Shown here: positions 16,777-26,442 of the stretch, piece after piece | How the letters are laid out: every line of letters starts with the position of its first letter | Position numbering within the stretch: position 1 is the first letter of the stretch | Assembly: GCA_026625185.1 (NCBI GenBank) | Contig: CP113000.1 | Location: 825,622-857,621 of the forward strand | Length of the DNA stretch: 32,000 bases | Direction: 5' to 3' | Source of the DNA: Thermodesulfobacteriota bacterium | Lineage (GTDB): Bacteria; Desulfobacterota; WTBG01; JAGOGO01 | Position numbers and translations under genes: made by a program | The notes under the pieces: generated by a model | Database searches by the model: none | What the model was told of the DNA's origin: nothing | Seen by the model: the letters and a program-made list of their open reading frames with translations, nothing else

Positions 16777-17053
16777 TCAATGCAAGTATGCCTCTGGCGC
16801 TGGAGGACGGCAATTCAATGAACTATGCGGTTTGAACGTATTTTATTCCAGTCGCCATTTTTCAATCAGCACTTTTGCTTCTTTCAAGGTATAAAAAAAG
16901 TTCCCGATTGAGCAATTCATCCCCGAACTTACCATTGAAACTTTCATTATAGCCGTTCTCCCAGGGACTTCCCGGTTCAATATAAAAGGTCTGAACCCTG
17001 ATCTTTTTTAGCCGGTTTCTAAGTTCTTTGGCCGTGAACCCTGAACCATTCAA
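16777..17053 (-). pseudogene. Remnant of an integrase-core (IS3-family-like) transposase
   Basis: [51 protein letters not shown], then after a frameshift in an A7/T7 run ...[33 protein letters not shown]. 5'-truncated, one frameshift, one in-frame TAA. Confidence 0.6.
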
Positions 17054-17164
17054 TAAACAAAATTAGTTATAGAATAGCGTTTTTTATTAACTGCGGAGTC
17101 GAACCTAACTAAAATTAAATTTGCTACTATAATGTATGAAAGGGGGAAGCGTCAAACCGTGATG

Positions 17165-17203
17165 CCCCGCTCCTTCTCATAGATCGAGCGGGGTTTTTAT
17201 TTC
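17165..17203 (+). terminator. Orphan rho-independent terminator
   Basis: ccccgctc (17165-17172) pairs with gagcgggg (17186-17193) across a 13-nt loop, followed by TTTTTATTT. No plus-strand gene lies upstream. Confidence 0.5.
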
Positions 17204-17376
17204 TTCCTTTTCCTCGGGGACTATGGTCATTAGGTCATTCGGAGTGCACGTATTTTGAAATAATACTCATAATCAAATTCTATCGAATAAGAGAAAATGG
17301 TTCTCTATTTCATATTTAAAATATTTTTTTCTCTTGACAACAGGGGTCTTATACGGGTTAGGCTTTTACATGCGGC

Positions 17377-17970
17377 TCAACCTTTCATTCTTTTGATGTA
17401 TTCTGCTACAATCGGGTCGCTCGATATCACATCACTGGTTATAAATCCCTTTTTCACCTTTTTCTGCATTTCATCGATAAACCGACGATATCCAACCTCT
17501 CTAATGCGCTTTAGATTATCGATATTCCAGTGGGCGTACCTTAGTGTCACAATCCCTAACCTCTCAGCCGCTTGGGTTTGTTCATCTTCTCGGCTCTCAT
17601 GGCAGGGCATCTTGCTGCACTCTGCACAAGACAGAAAGCGCTGCTTCTCGGCACAGACTTTTATTGAACAGAGAAGACAGATCTCGGGTTTCCAACCTGC
17701 GTCTTTCCAACAACCGGCGCATTTTTCTCCCAGGCTCCATTTTTCCAATATATCAAGGAAATCCTGAATTTTCTGCTGTTCAATCCCCATGAGTATATGA
17801 CCAACATCGGCGAAGTTGAAACCCTTCATAATCCAGTACAATTCCCTTGCGAGTTCTCGAGTACGGCCCAGGAATATATCGCATGCACCACAATAGATTC
17901 CACAAGGTGCAATAAGGCAATGTTCCTCCTTGGCCACTTTTTTTAGGTCAAATTTTTCTGTATTCTCCAT
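17377..17970 (-). CDS. DUF3795-family Cys-rich protein
   Basis: ORF 17377..18105. ATG at 17970 (MENTEKF) has a GGGAGAAAGG SD. Cys pattern CGIYCGACDIF...CAGC...C..C.IKVCA...FLSCAECSKMPC is typical of DUF3795. Confidence 0.75.
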   Translation of the reverse strand: MENTEKFDLKKVAKEEHCLIAPCGIYCGACDIFLGRTRELARELYWIMKGFNFADVGHILMGIEQQKIQDFLDILEKWSLGEKCAGCWKDAGWKPEICLLCSIKVCAEKQRFLSCAECSKMPCHESREDEQTQAAERLGIVTLRYAHWNIDNLKRIREVGYRRFIDEMQKKVKKGFITSDVISSDPIVAEYIKRMKG

Positions 17971-18257
17971 AGTACCTTTCTCCCTCATTTGCTTGCCTAA
18001 ATAAGAGGAATCTAAAGACAATAAATCCGACATTCCCCATATCAAAATCATCAGAGCTAATACCCCTCCATAACTAAGCTTTAAAGCTCTTATTAACATG
18101 TTCAATCACTTAAAAAAAGTTTTTTCTTCTTTTTTGTCCCTTATCCCTTAAAAACCGAAAAATCTTGCCCCAGGAGTCCTTAAAAAAGAGTCGAGTTAGG
18201 CGCGGTTTTCGCGTAGTTCTGTGGACTAAAACTATTGGTCTCTTCAATCACATTATA

Positions 18258-19743
18258 AAATAGTCGTCCCTGAAAAAGTCGATTTACGAAACAGGGGTAA
18301 CTGTTTTTTTGAAAAAGTGGCTATTCATTTTGGTGCCCCGACCAAATGTGAGCCAATAAATTATAAGTAAAAAGAAAGTCCGGATGAGCTTTCTCATATT
18401 AAACTCGCAGCCCGCTAAGATCGCATTGATTCGATCACCCTCGTTGCCTTTAAGATGGGTGCGCTCCAGCTTGTTGTCTGATTTCAAGTGCCCAAAGATC
18501 GGCTCAATCGCTGAACGGCGACTAACCCATTTCCATTCCCACCGGCTCACGCTCTTTTTCTTACGGTTTGTCACCTTGACCGTTGTTCCCTCGATTAGTT
18601 CACTTCCCCGATACCCTTTGTCGCAATACGCTTCCTGCGGCTGCCAACCGGCTATCTTCGTTGCTTGCCCTATCGAGGCCTTCAGGGTATGCCCATCGTA
18701 AGGGGTTGACATGAATTGCATCAATCCCCAAAATCCAATTCCCCTTTGACGTTGTCACCATCCTCACCTTGCAGCCGAATCCGTAACGTTTGTGCGCTTT
18801 GCCCTTCGAGATGCACTCCACTTCCAGTGCATGCAAACTGTAAACTTTGTTGGTGTCCTTGCGCTGTTGATTGAAAATCCTCTCTGCCAGGGTAAGAAGA
18901 TTCCTTAATAGCTTATTGGGGTTTGGGCATTTTCTTTGAATATCCCGCATAGCCCGTCCCAGATACACCTTTTCAGTTTCTTAGCCTCCTTATTTGCACG
19001 CTTCATTTGCTTGGCATGGGCATACCACCCTTGCCTGGCCAATGCTTTCTTACTTAAACGTCGGTAGGTCTGCCGAAGTCCTATCCCGGCTTCTTTACCC
19101 ACCCTCACTAATGTCTGTAGCATCTTGTAATACAGCCTTCCATCGGTCGGAAACGCTATCGCCTTCTCCTGCACGGGTGTCCACATTTACCCGCTATACT
19201 TCTTGCTCCCTCACCAGCTTCTTGCGCTTTGCCGATTCAATGTTCTCCTTCAAAAGGCTCTCCATCCCCTCAGCTCCTACTAGATTGCGCCACTTCACCA
19301 ACGATGTCGGATCTATTGGCGCTTCATACTGAAAATACTCATACCCGCAAAAGTACTGCCGGTAAGGATTCTCTAAAAACCGCTCCACCACGCTCCCGTC
19401 ACTCTCATTGCAACTGTTCTTTAAATAATGAAGTCCTGCCATCAGTCGAATCGGTAAACCCGGACGCCCTACCTTCTCTACGTAAAACACTCCAAATTCT
19501 TCCTCAAATACTTTCCAGTTTATTTCTTCAGCTAACCTGCACAACGGGTGCTTACGGTTTATCATCTGTTCCAACCGGGATCGAAATAAATCTTTTTGTC
19601 CGCTTGATCTCATCTTTTTCGGCTTCATAAATCACCAGCTTTTGAAGGGTTAATAACCTTTTTCTGGTGATTATGTCATGTGTTTTTCCTAATTAAACCG
19701 AATTATATCAATCTGTTGAATGTTTTTTCAGGAACGACTATTT
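18258..19743 (-). mobile_element. IS5-family insertion sequence (degenerate)
   Basis: 1486 bp. Terminal inverted repeats aaatagtcgtccctgaaaaa (18258-18277) and tttttcaggaacgactattt (19724-19743) match 19/20. The transposase frame is broken inside. Confidence 0.75.
18284..19628 (-). pseudogene. IS5-family DDE transposase split by at least 3 frameshifts
   Basis: Four consecutive minus-strand ORF pieces: 19628-19194, 19186-18905, 18968-18600, 18724-18284. Family blocks present: DLFRSRLEQMINRKHPL...RPGLPIRLMAGLHYLK, QEKAIAFPTD, YAHAKQMKRA, CDKGYRG, IEPIFGHLK. Confidence 0.8.
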
Positions 19744-20005
19744 AGAGCTCAATGAGATTTACCAAGGCGAAAAGTCCCCAGCAAATGGTCTTTGCGAGCG
19801 ATTTCAACAGACGGTGTTAAATGAATTTTACCGGGTAGCCTTTCGGAAGAAGATTTATGGAGATATAGAAAATTTACAAAAGGATTTAGATGAGTATATA
19901 ACAAAATAAAACACCGAAAGGACTCATAAAGTAAAGCGATGTCAAGGGAGAACTCCGATGGAGACTTTGAAGAGGGAAAAAAGTTTTTTCTGGAAAATAA
20001 TTTGA
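19742..20005 (+). pseudogene. C-terminal remnant of an integrase-core (IS481-like) transposase, interrupted upstream by the IS5 element
   Basis: LELNEIYQGEKSPANGLCERFQQTVLNEFYRVAFRKKIYGDIENLQKDLDEYITK*NTERTHKVKRCQGRTPMETL matches the PQTNG.(V/C)ERF..T...EF...F.S...LQ.DLD.W...YN.ERTHQG...G.TP tail. In-frame TAA where Tyr is expected. Confidence 0.6.
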
Positions 20006-20101
20006 TGGAAAAGTTTGTGGCTTAACTGTCGTTGACAGCTCAGGAGGTTTTGGCCACTGTCAATTTAAGTCCTGTTTAGGACAGAGGAATAGGCAAGGAT
20101 T

Positions 20102-20244
20102 AATACTGACGGTTTCGTAAAAAGTTCGGATGCTGCGTTGCGCTTCATCATTCGTCATTGGATCGTATGCCTAAATACGGCTCATTCCTCAGGGATGGTC
20201 TTGCGGGCCTTGCCCGCGGCGCTTTTTACGAAACCGTCAGTATT
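20102..20244. repeat. 143-bp element with 23-bp perfect terminal inverted repeats
   Basis: aatactgacggtttcgtaaaaag (20102-20124) is the exact reverse complement of ctttttacgaaaccgtcagtatt (20222-20244). 97-nt GC-richer interior. Confidence 0.7.
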
Positions 20245-20455
20245 TGGCCAGTTTTTTGACTTTTTAAGAGTCCATCAAACTTTAAGTTAAGAAGAAAAAC
20301 TACCGGAAGAAAACCGGCGAAGTATTGTCTTGAACCATTTAGGACTTAATTTTGTCATCCCAGCCGGAAAAAAAATCCGGGGCTTCTCGACAGGAGATAT
20401 CATTGGATAAATATCATGTTGTCTGCGCCCCGGTATTTTTTGCGGTCTTTTATTA

Positions 20456-22027
20456 TCACTTCTTTCTTTCTATTTCCAGCTCCCTTAAAACCTTGCGACG
20501 GATTTTACCATCTGCTGTTTTTGGCAACTCGTTGATAAATTCAATCTCCCTCGGAAATTCGTGTTTACTCAATTTCGTCTTTACAAACTCACGAATATCT
20601 TTTTCCAGCTCAGCGCCGGGGACAAAACCTTCCTTTATTTTTATAAAAGCCTTTACAATTATACCCTTTTCCTTGTCCGGGCTACCTACAACAGCACACT
20701 CTTCAACTGCATTATGCTTCATCAAGGCGGTTTCAACTTCAATCGGTCCAATTGTGTATCCTGCCGATATGATCACATCATCAGCCCTCGAAACATAAAA
20801 GAAATAACCATCTTCATCTTTATATACCGTATCGCCAACTCCGACCCACTTTTTCCCTCTTTTTATAGCCATCTGACCGTTAACACCAGGACCCACCTCA
20901 TTACCGTCATCATCAAGCACCCCGACAATTGAGCCTATGGATGGTCTACCAAGACTACCCATCTTTACTTTCCAGTTATCAAAACCGGCAAAATCAGAGG
21001 TAAGCGGACCAACCTCCGTTGAGCCGTACTGGGTATGAGGCGTCACCCCCCATTTTTCCTGCACCAGCTGGAACACCTCCTTGGACATTGGTTCCCCGGT
21101 AAAGGTAAGACGTTTTAAACGAACCTTATATTTATCCAAATTCGGGGAGCTAAGCATAACCCGGTAGTGAGAAGCTATTGCCGCCATATTTGTGGCTTTA
21201 AACTCTTCTAATGCCTCAAGACACCTATCGGGGTTAAATTTTCCAGGATAAGAATAGGTTCCTATAGCCACACCAAAAATCAAAGGCGCTATCGTTCCAT
21301 ACCAGATACCATGCCCCCATGCAGGAGAAGAAGGGCAGAAATAATTATCATCAGCCATAATACCCTGGGCAAACTTTATAAAAGGCGCAGATACTGTAAT
21401 TGCCCCATGTCGGTAATTAACCGCTTTCGGTTCGCCTGTGGTTCCACTCGAAAACTGATACATGGCTAAATCATTGGCAGTTGTAAACGCCTTATATGTT
21501 TTAGGCTCATCTTTTATCTCTTTTAACAAATCCTCTGCATATAAAATTTTTAAGTTCAGTTCCTTACGAAGACTCTCATCAATAATATCCGTCTTATCCT
21601 TGGTAGTCAATATCGCCTTCCCCCCGCCTTTTCGGAGACGGAAGCTTATTGCATCGGGCCCAAAGTGGACGGCACAGGGGATTAGAATAGCTCCTCTCTT
21701 AAATGTGCCGAACATGCCCACATAAAATTGAAAACACGGGGGCAGTAAAACCGCAACCGCATCCCCGGCGTTTACCCCTTTTTTTTCTAAATAATTTGCA
21801 AACTGGTTAACGCTATCTGAAAACTCTCCAAATGTGTAGATCTCGGTTCTCCCATCGTCGAACTTTATTCTAATTGCTTTATCCTCTCTGGGGTGCCTCT
21901 CCACGCATTCGTATGCAATGTTAAAATTACTCTCGTTTCCATCAAATATGTCCCATCTCTGCTCCCAGTTAAAATTTTTCACTGCATCTTCATAACTTTT
22001 ATAATTATCTAATATCGTCTTTCTCAT
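20456..22027 (-). CDS. AMP-forming acyl-CoA synthetase/ligase
   Basis: 523 aa. Motifs YQFSSGTTGEPKAV, YGSTEVG, GDTVYKDEDGYFFYVSRADDVIISAGYTIGPIEVE, PKTADGKIRR. Confidence 0.9.
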   Translation of the reverse strand: MRKTILDNYKSYEDAVKNFNWEQRWDIFDGNESNFNIAYECVERHPREDKAIRIKFDDGRTEIYTFGEFSDSVNQFANYLEKKGVNAGDAVAVLLPPCFQFYVGMFGTFKRGAILIPCAVHFGPDAISFRLRKGGGKAILTTKDKTDIIDESLRKELNLKILYAEDLLKEIKDEPKTYKAFTTANDLAMYQFSSGTTGEPKAVNYRHGAITVSAPFIKFAQGIMADDNYFCPSSPAWGHGIWYGTIAPLIFGVAIGTYSYPGKFNPDRCLEALEEFKATNMAAIASHYRVMLSSPNLDKYKVRLKRLTFTGEPMSKEVFQLVQEKWGVTPHTQYGSTEVGPLTSDFAGFDNWKVKMGSLGRPSIGSIVGVLDDDGNEVGPGVNGQMAIKRGKKWVGVGDTVYKDEDGYFFYVSRADDVIISAGYTIGPIEVETALMKHNAVEECAVVGSPDKEKGIIVKAFIKIKEGFVPGAELEKDIREFVKTKLSKHEFPREIEFINELPKTADGKIRRKVLRELEIERKK

Positions 22028-22039
22028 TCTTGCTTCTCC

Positions 22040-23230
22040 TTATACTCGTGTTTCTAAAGGCCAGTAGTTGCGCTCCCTTGAGGGGAGAGTAACTATTGCA
22101 AACCCGGGCATGGTATCGTCGCCATGTTGGTTTCTCGCATAAGTTTCAATTTCCACCACCGGTTCACCATCATTATCTATATATTTCTTTGCCACTCTGC
22201 CCCCTATCCTTATAACATCAGACAGGTAGACAAATCCTCTATACTGAACCTTGGTCATTTTTAGCCAACCGTGATCTCCTATCCAACTGGTCAAAAGATG
22301 CCCCTGCCAGCAATGTCTCTGAATGCCGACATCGTACGGCCATGCAATCCCTGTCTGTGATTTCGCTGCATATTTGTTGTAGTGGACCGCATAAACAGGT
22401 TCTATGGCGTATGTCTCCGGATCCCTGAAATACCAGGCAGAATGCTGGTTTTTATCCTTTACTACCAGTTCATGTCCAAAAGGTCTCACCGGGGTCGCCC
22501 CGCCCAAAAAGAAGGCTACCATATCGGAGATGCCGATAGGGCCTTTTATTACGGGTTTCAACTCTTCTCCTTCAACTACATCCTCCCAGAAACGGGGTGC
22601 GCTCCCTCTGGTCTCCTCCTGCAAAATCTCTTCCTCTATTGCTTTCAGTTCTGCATCCGTCCAGGGGTATGGGAATTCCGGGAGCTTCTTTTTTTCGCCC
22701 TTTCCCTTTTCCTCCGTCCTTTTTCTCATCGTCGGTCTTTCAACCCTTATATTCATCTGCTTATAAAGACATACAAGCTGACCTTTCCCGTTCACATACC
22801 TTTGCTCTTCCTGCTCGTAAACCCTCTTGCCTCCCGCTATCTCTTTTACCTCAAAATCTTTATAAATAGATTCTGCATCGATATGTTCATTTGGTCTGAT
22901 GGGATGATAAAAGTAAAGTTCATTCTGGGCGTTAAACCCCCCGATACCTCTCCAACCAAATTGAGGAGCGCTAGGCAATATACTATAGACAAATAATGGG
23001 GGAGCAATAATCCCTTTATAGGGGCTGTTTTTTGCGTACTCTTTATCCCTCCAGAGAGGATTGTCATCACCAACGCCGTTTGCAAAGCTGCGGATTGCCA
23101 TCTCCGTTACATCCACATTATTTAAATAGTTATCAATCTTCAGCTTTAATCCCTTCTTACCCTCCATCTCTTTTATCATCTCTTCTGTTATACGACCTTC
23201 AGCAAGCACTTCCTTTTTATTGTTCTCCAT
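22040..23230 (-). CDS. Double-hotdog MaoC-like (R)-hydratase/dehydratase
   Basis: ORF 22040..23275. ATG at 23230 (MENNKKEV) has an AGGAGA SD 8 nt upstream. N-terminal MaoC_N-like FANGVGDDNPLWRD. The ~400 aa size fits a fused double hotdog (mesaconyl-/itaconyl-CoA hydratase type). Confidence 0.7.
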   Translation of the reverse strand: MENNKKEVLAEGRITEEMIKEMEGKKGLKLKIDNYLNNVDVTEMAIRSFANGVGDDNPLWRDKEYAKNSPYKGIIAPPLFVYSILPSAPQFGWRGIGGFNAQNELYFYHPIRPNEHIDAESIYKDFEVKEIAGGKRVYEQEEQRYVNGKGQLVCLYKQMNIRVERPTMRKRTEEKGKGEKKKLPEFPYPWTDAELKAIEEEILQEETRGSAPRFWEDVVEGEELKPVIKGPIGISDMVAFFLGGATPVRPFGHELVVKDKNQHSAWYFRDPETYAIEPVYAVHYNKYAAKSQTGIAWPYDVGIQRHCWQGHLLTSWIGDHGWLKMTKVQYRGFVYLSDVIRIGGRVAKKYIDNDGEPVVEIETYARNQHGDDTMPGFAIVTLPSRERNYWPLETRV

Positions 23231-23246
23231 TTTATTGTCTCCTATT

Positions 23247-23288
23247 AAAAAAGGGGTGAACAGGCTAAAAAACATCCACCCCTTTTTT
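23247..23288 (-). terminator. Intra-cluster terminator-like hairpin
   Basis: aaaaaaggggtg (23247-23258) pairs with caccccTTTTTT (23277-23288): GGGGTG/CACCCC stem extended by A6/T6, with an 18-nt loop. Lies between the 23336 stop and the 23230 start. Confidence 0.45.
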
Positions 23289-23335
23289 AATCATTTTAAT
23301 CATTTTAATTTTAATTATTTTGAAAATTTAAGCTT

Positions 23336-25081
23336 TTACACACTCGCTTTGCCGAGAATCATGGATTTTCCCCTTTTGGCCGTGCGAAGCCATCTGCGTG
23401 ACCTTGTCAGCATAAACGGCGGCAGCATTTCTGTAATCATCTCCGGGTCAAACGGTGCAGGCGGGTTCGATACCGTCCTCGGGTCAAACTCTTCTTTAAA
23501 ACGGTCAGTCCATACCTGGTAATCATGGTAGTAGGGCCCCTGATAAAGGATGCCGTGGCATGACGCCGGGAAGAAATCGAGGAAGCCTGTGGTGGCATCA
23601 ATCTCAGGTGTTTCCTCAAAGTACCAGGGTATCATTTGCGACATATATACCGGATCGTAATCATCGCTCATGGGGTCGCACTTATCCACGTTCATATATA
23701 CCAGGAATTCAAGATAGGAGTTATGGCCGAGGTCGTTTGACTGGAACCAGCCTGGGTCTCCAAACTCAGCCATGAAGGGCGGGGTATACTTTTCTTCAAG
23801 CCTCTTGCCCAGTGCTTTTCCGGTCTCGTAGGTGCAGCGGAGGGATTCCTGTCCCGCCTCACATGATGAATAACCGTTGGTCATCGACCACATGCCGGAT
23901 ACGTCGGCATTTTTGAACCAGGATTCATCGGATGGTTTCGTTCTGGTAGCTTCTGCCTTGTATTCCTTTATGATATCTTCCAGGACCCTCTTTTCATATG
24001 CCATCTGTTCCGAATTTGTGTAACCGACAAACAAGGCTCTGCACATATGGAAGTTGTCGATATCATCCTTTGTTATGCCGCTCCATCTTTCCCAAAAGTC
24101 CTCTTTATCCTTCATCTTGGCAATAACCCGCCAGAATACGGGAACCTTCGTGACTGCCGCTCCTATTTCGGCATCGCCAAACTCATACATCACATCTTCC
24201 AGGGCCTTCCTTGTCGGCAGCTTGAAGTTCTGCCAGGCAACCCGGTCGGTCTTGAATGCAATGGTTGACTCCGGGCTCACCCCTTCGGGCACCATCTTTT
24301 TTGCTGTGTCTTCAATAAAAGGAAATATCTTAACCGTCATCTCGGTAACAATGCCCATAGCGCCGAACCAACCGACATGTCCTCTCCATACCCCGTTTAT
24401 ATTCGGACCATAACCGTCCCCCATAAAACCGTTTTCCATGGTAACATCTCTGCCGGCCCAGGAACCGGTCCTTACAATATCCCCTTCGGGAGTGACCCAG
24501 GTTACTGAGAGGGTGCGCTTTTCAGAGTTCCCCATGCGGTAATTGAGCGGTGAACAACCCCATACCGTATGGTTCGCCACCACACACGATGCAGAACCGC
24601 CGCCGGTGTTGATAAAATAGGCGTCATGCTCGAAACAGGCCTGACAAAACTGACCGTATCTGATGCCTGTCCCCACCTTGGCATAGAGATTCTTACGGTC
24701 AAATTCCTGAGTAAGCATGTATTGCAGGTCTATCTGGACCATGTCCGGTCGAAAACGGGGGTTGGCATTATATGCCCACTGGGAGCTGCAGGGGACAAAG
24801 GGGATCTTGTATTTGTTGCATACCTTGACGATCCCTGCCACTTGCTCGGTAGTCTTCGGCTGAACAACGCAGCAGGGAGGATATGCCTGACCGGAATACC
24901 AGATCAACTCTCTTGCATAACCGCGGCCCACATACGCCGCCCTTACCGTCTTTTCCTTGCTTATACTGTCAGAACCCACTACGGCTTCCATCTCCTTATA
25001 GGCATCTTCCGGCATATCCCACCATAATGGATGTTTGCGCAACTGTGCGAGTTTCGCCTGTTTTTCAATTATATTTGGCAT
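23336..25081 (-). CDS. FAD-binding PCMH/VAO-type oxidoreductase (large, divergent)
   Basis: 581 aa. FAD_binding_4-like blocks PPCCVVQPKTTEQVAGIVKVCNKYKIPFVP...IDL...AKVGTGIRYGQF...NTGGGSASCVVAN...YRMG...L.VTWVTPEGDIVRTGS. Confidence 0.75.
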   Translation of the reverse strand: MPNIIEKQAKLAQLRKHPLWWDMPEDAYKEMEAVVGSDSISKEKTVRAAYVGRGYARELIWYSGQAYPPCCVVQPKTTEQVAGIVKVCNKYKIPFVPCSSQWAYNANPRFRPDMVQIDLQYMLTQEFDRKNLYAKVGTGIRYGQFCQACFEHDAYFINTGGGSASCVVANHTVWGCSPLNYRMGNSEKRTLSVTWVTPEGDIVRTGSWAGRDVTMENGFMGDGYGPNINGVWRGHVGWFGAMGIVTEMTVKIFPFIEDTAKKMVPEGVSPESTIAFKTDRVAWQNFKLPTRKALEDVMYEFGDAEIGAAVTKVPVFWRVIAKMKDKEDFWERWSGITKDDIDNFHMCRALFVGYTNSEQMAYEKRVLEDIIKEYKAEATRTKPSDESWFKNADVSGMWSMTNGYSSCEAGQESLRCTYETGKALGKRLEEKYTPPFMAEFGDPGWFQSNDLGHNSYLEFLVYMNVDKCDPMSDDYDPVYMSQMIPWYFEETPEIDATTGFLDFFPASCHGILYQGPYYHDYQVWTDRFKEEFDPRTVSNPPAPFDPEMITEMLPPFMLTRSRRWLRTAKRGKSMILGKASV

Positions 25082-25098
25082 GGTAGTCCCTCCTTAAA

Positions 25099-26415
25099 TT
25101 ATTTGTTGTAGGCTTCATCTACGAGTTCGATTACGTGCGAAACTTTATTTATCCCATTCTGAACGCGCGCCAGCGCGCCGTTTAACATAAACTTGCTGTG
25201 TACGCAGCCGGTTATAATCGCACTCGCTCCGGTCAGCCCCGCCTCTTTTACCCTCCAATCGGAGGCGAACTGCGCCGTCTCAGGATATGCCTCATACACT
25301 CCTCCGCCTTCACCTGAGTGGTAAGAATTGCTGTGATTCCGCAACATCTCCACCAGCTCAACGCCGGGAATGGCTTTTATAAGGTTCCTTGGGGCTTCAT
25401 AACATCCGAATTGACCGCGTCTGAATTCGCGACGGGGGTGAATCTGACCCCACCCACTATTTGATATGTCTCCTCCGGTCCTTATCCCTTCCCAGGGAAT
25501 CCAGGGCTCGGACAGCCTGCCGAGGCTGCACGGATCGTGATAAGTCGCCTTCATGGACATCTTGCCTTTAGCTTTTAACTTGCCTTCCTTTACCAGGCCG
25601 TCCACCAACTCCGCACTATGCAATACTTCAAACCCGAGGTCCTTGGTGGCAAAATCAAGAACCTTAGGATATTCAACCTTCAGATTGCGATAACACTCCG
25701 CACAGCTTGCCACCACCTTCTTTGCGCCGGTGGCGCGGATCTTTTCGAGATTGAACCTTGCCGCACTTTTGAATTTCTCCAGATGACCAGTCTGATACTG
25801 GAGATTCCCGCAGCAAGTCTCATTATCAAGCATCATAAAGGGAACCTGAGCCTTGTTCAAAACCCTCGCTGTAGCCTGAGCCACCGCATTATCTTTAAAC
25901 GAAGCCCAGCAGCCCACAAAAAACAGAGTGTCCGCTTTTTTCTCCACTTTTATGTCGGAGGCAACCCAATTTTTTCTGTCCTTCTGATTCAAACCGTAAT
26001 AGTTGCCGGTCCTTTCCAGGGTGGCTATCATCTGTTTGTGGATCGGGCGGCCGAATCCCCGGTCCACAAATGCCACCTTAAGAGACTGATTCATCATAAG
26101 TATCTCTAAATCCAGATTACGCTTATCGCTCACATCGCAACCGCCGCATGAAAAACAACGAAAAGCCGCTTCCTGGGCAAGGGTATCAGTGTATTCAAGG
26201 TCACCGTATAAAAGCGAGTTTATAATCCTTGTCCTTCCGCAAGCTCCCCAATTGTCGAATTTCCCCCATTGCCACTCCGGACAAATCCAACTGAAATTGT
26301 GGTCCGACGCCACATGAATCCAGTCTCCATGCTTGCACATTGCGCAACCCATGCAGCAACGGCTTTCCCATTCATAATTATCCAAATTATGGTCTAATTT
26401 AAATGTATTTGTCAT
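25099..26415 (-). CDS. Fe-S oxidoreductase with two CCG domains (GlcF/GlpC/HdrD-like)
   Basis: 438 aa. Ferredoxin-type Cys clusters CCMGCAMC...CP and CFSCGGC. CCG-domain signatures FFVGCW...ETCCGN and YHDPCSLGR...ITGC. Confidence 0.8.
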   Translation of the reverse strand: MTNTFKLDHNLDNYEWESRCCMGCAMCKHGDWIHVASDHNFSWICPEWQWGKFDNWGACGRTRIINSLLYGDLEYTDTLAQEAAFRCFSCGGCDVSDKRNLDLEILMMNQSLKVAFVDRGFGRPIHKQMIATLERTGNYYGLNQKDRKNWVASDIKVEKKADTLFFVGCWASFKDNAVAQATARVLNKAQVPFMMLDNETCCGNLQYQTGHLEKFKSAARFNLEKIRATGAKKVVASCAECYRNLKVEYPKVLDFATKDLGFEVLHSAELVDGLVKEGKLKAKGKMSMKATYHDPCSLGRLSEPWIPWEGIRTGGDISNSGWGQIHPRREFRRGQFGCYEAPRNLIKAIPGVELVEMLRNHSNSYHSGEGGGVYEAYPETAQFASDWRVKEAGLTGASAIITGCVHSKFMLNGALARVQNGINKVSHVIELVDEAYNK

Positions 26416-26442
26416 TTTTAACCCCCTTTCAAAAAGTTATGC

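Noticed and set aside
17091-17110. tRNA-like T-arm (minus strand ggttcgactcc)
   Set aside because: The flanking bases do not pair as a T-stem (ttagg versus ccgca). No acceptor or anticodon arms could be built from the adjacent ~80 nt. At most it is a relic of a tRNA 3' end.
18099-18105. Longer start (TTG 18105 / ATG 18099) adding a hydrophobic N-terminus to the DUF3795 protein
   Set aside because: There is no SD at either site, whereas ATG 17970 has a strong GGGAGAAAGG SD. DUF3795 proteins are normally soluble. Kept as an alternative only.
20059-20358. Outer imperfect inverted repeat (gtcaatttaagtcct... / ...aggacttaattttgtcat) around the 143-bp element
   Set aside because: Only a ~9-bp core (ttaagtcct) matches convincingly, which is within chance expectation for AT-rich DNA.
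20352-20798. 148-aa plus-strand ORF, and the many other 60-200 aa ORFs antisense to the cluster genes (e.g. 22382..22996, 24569..25027, 25618..26109, 29683..30312)
   Set aside because: They lie entirely within long, motif-bearing minus-strand genes. Their sequences are low-complexity. They are typical shadow ORFs.
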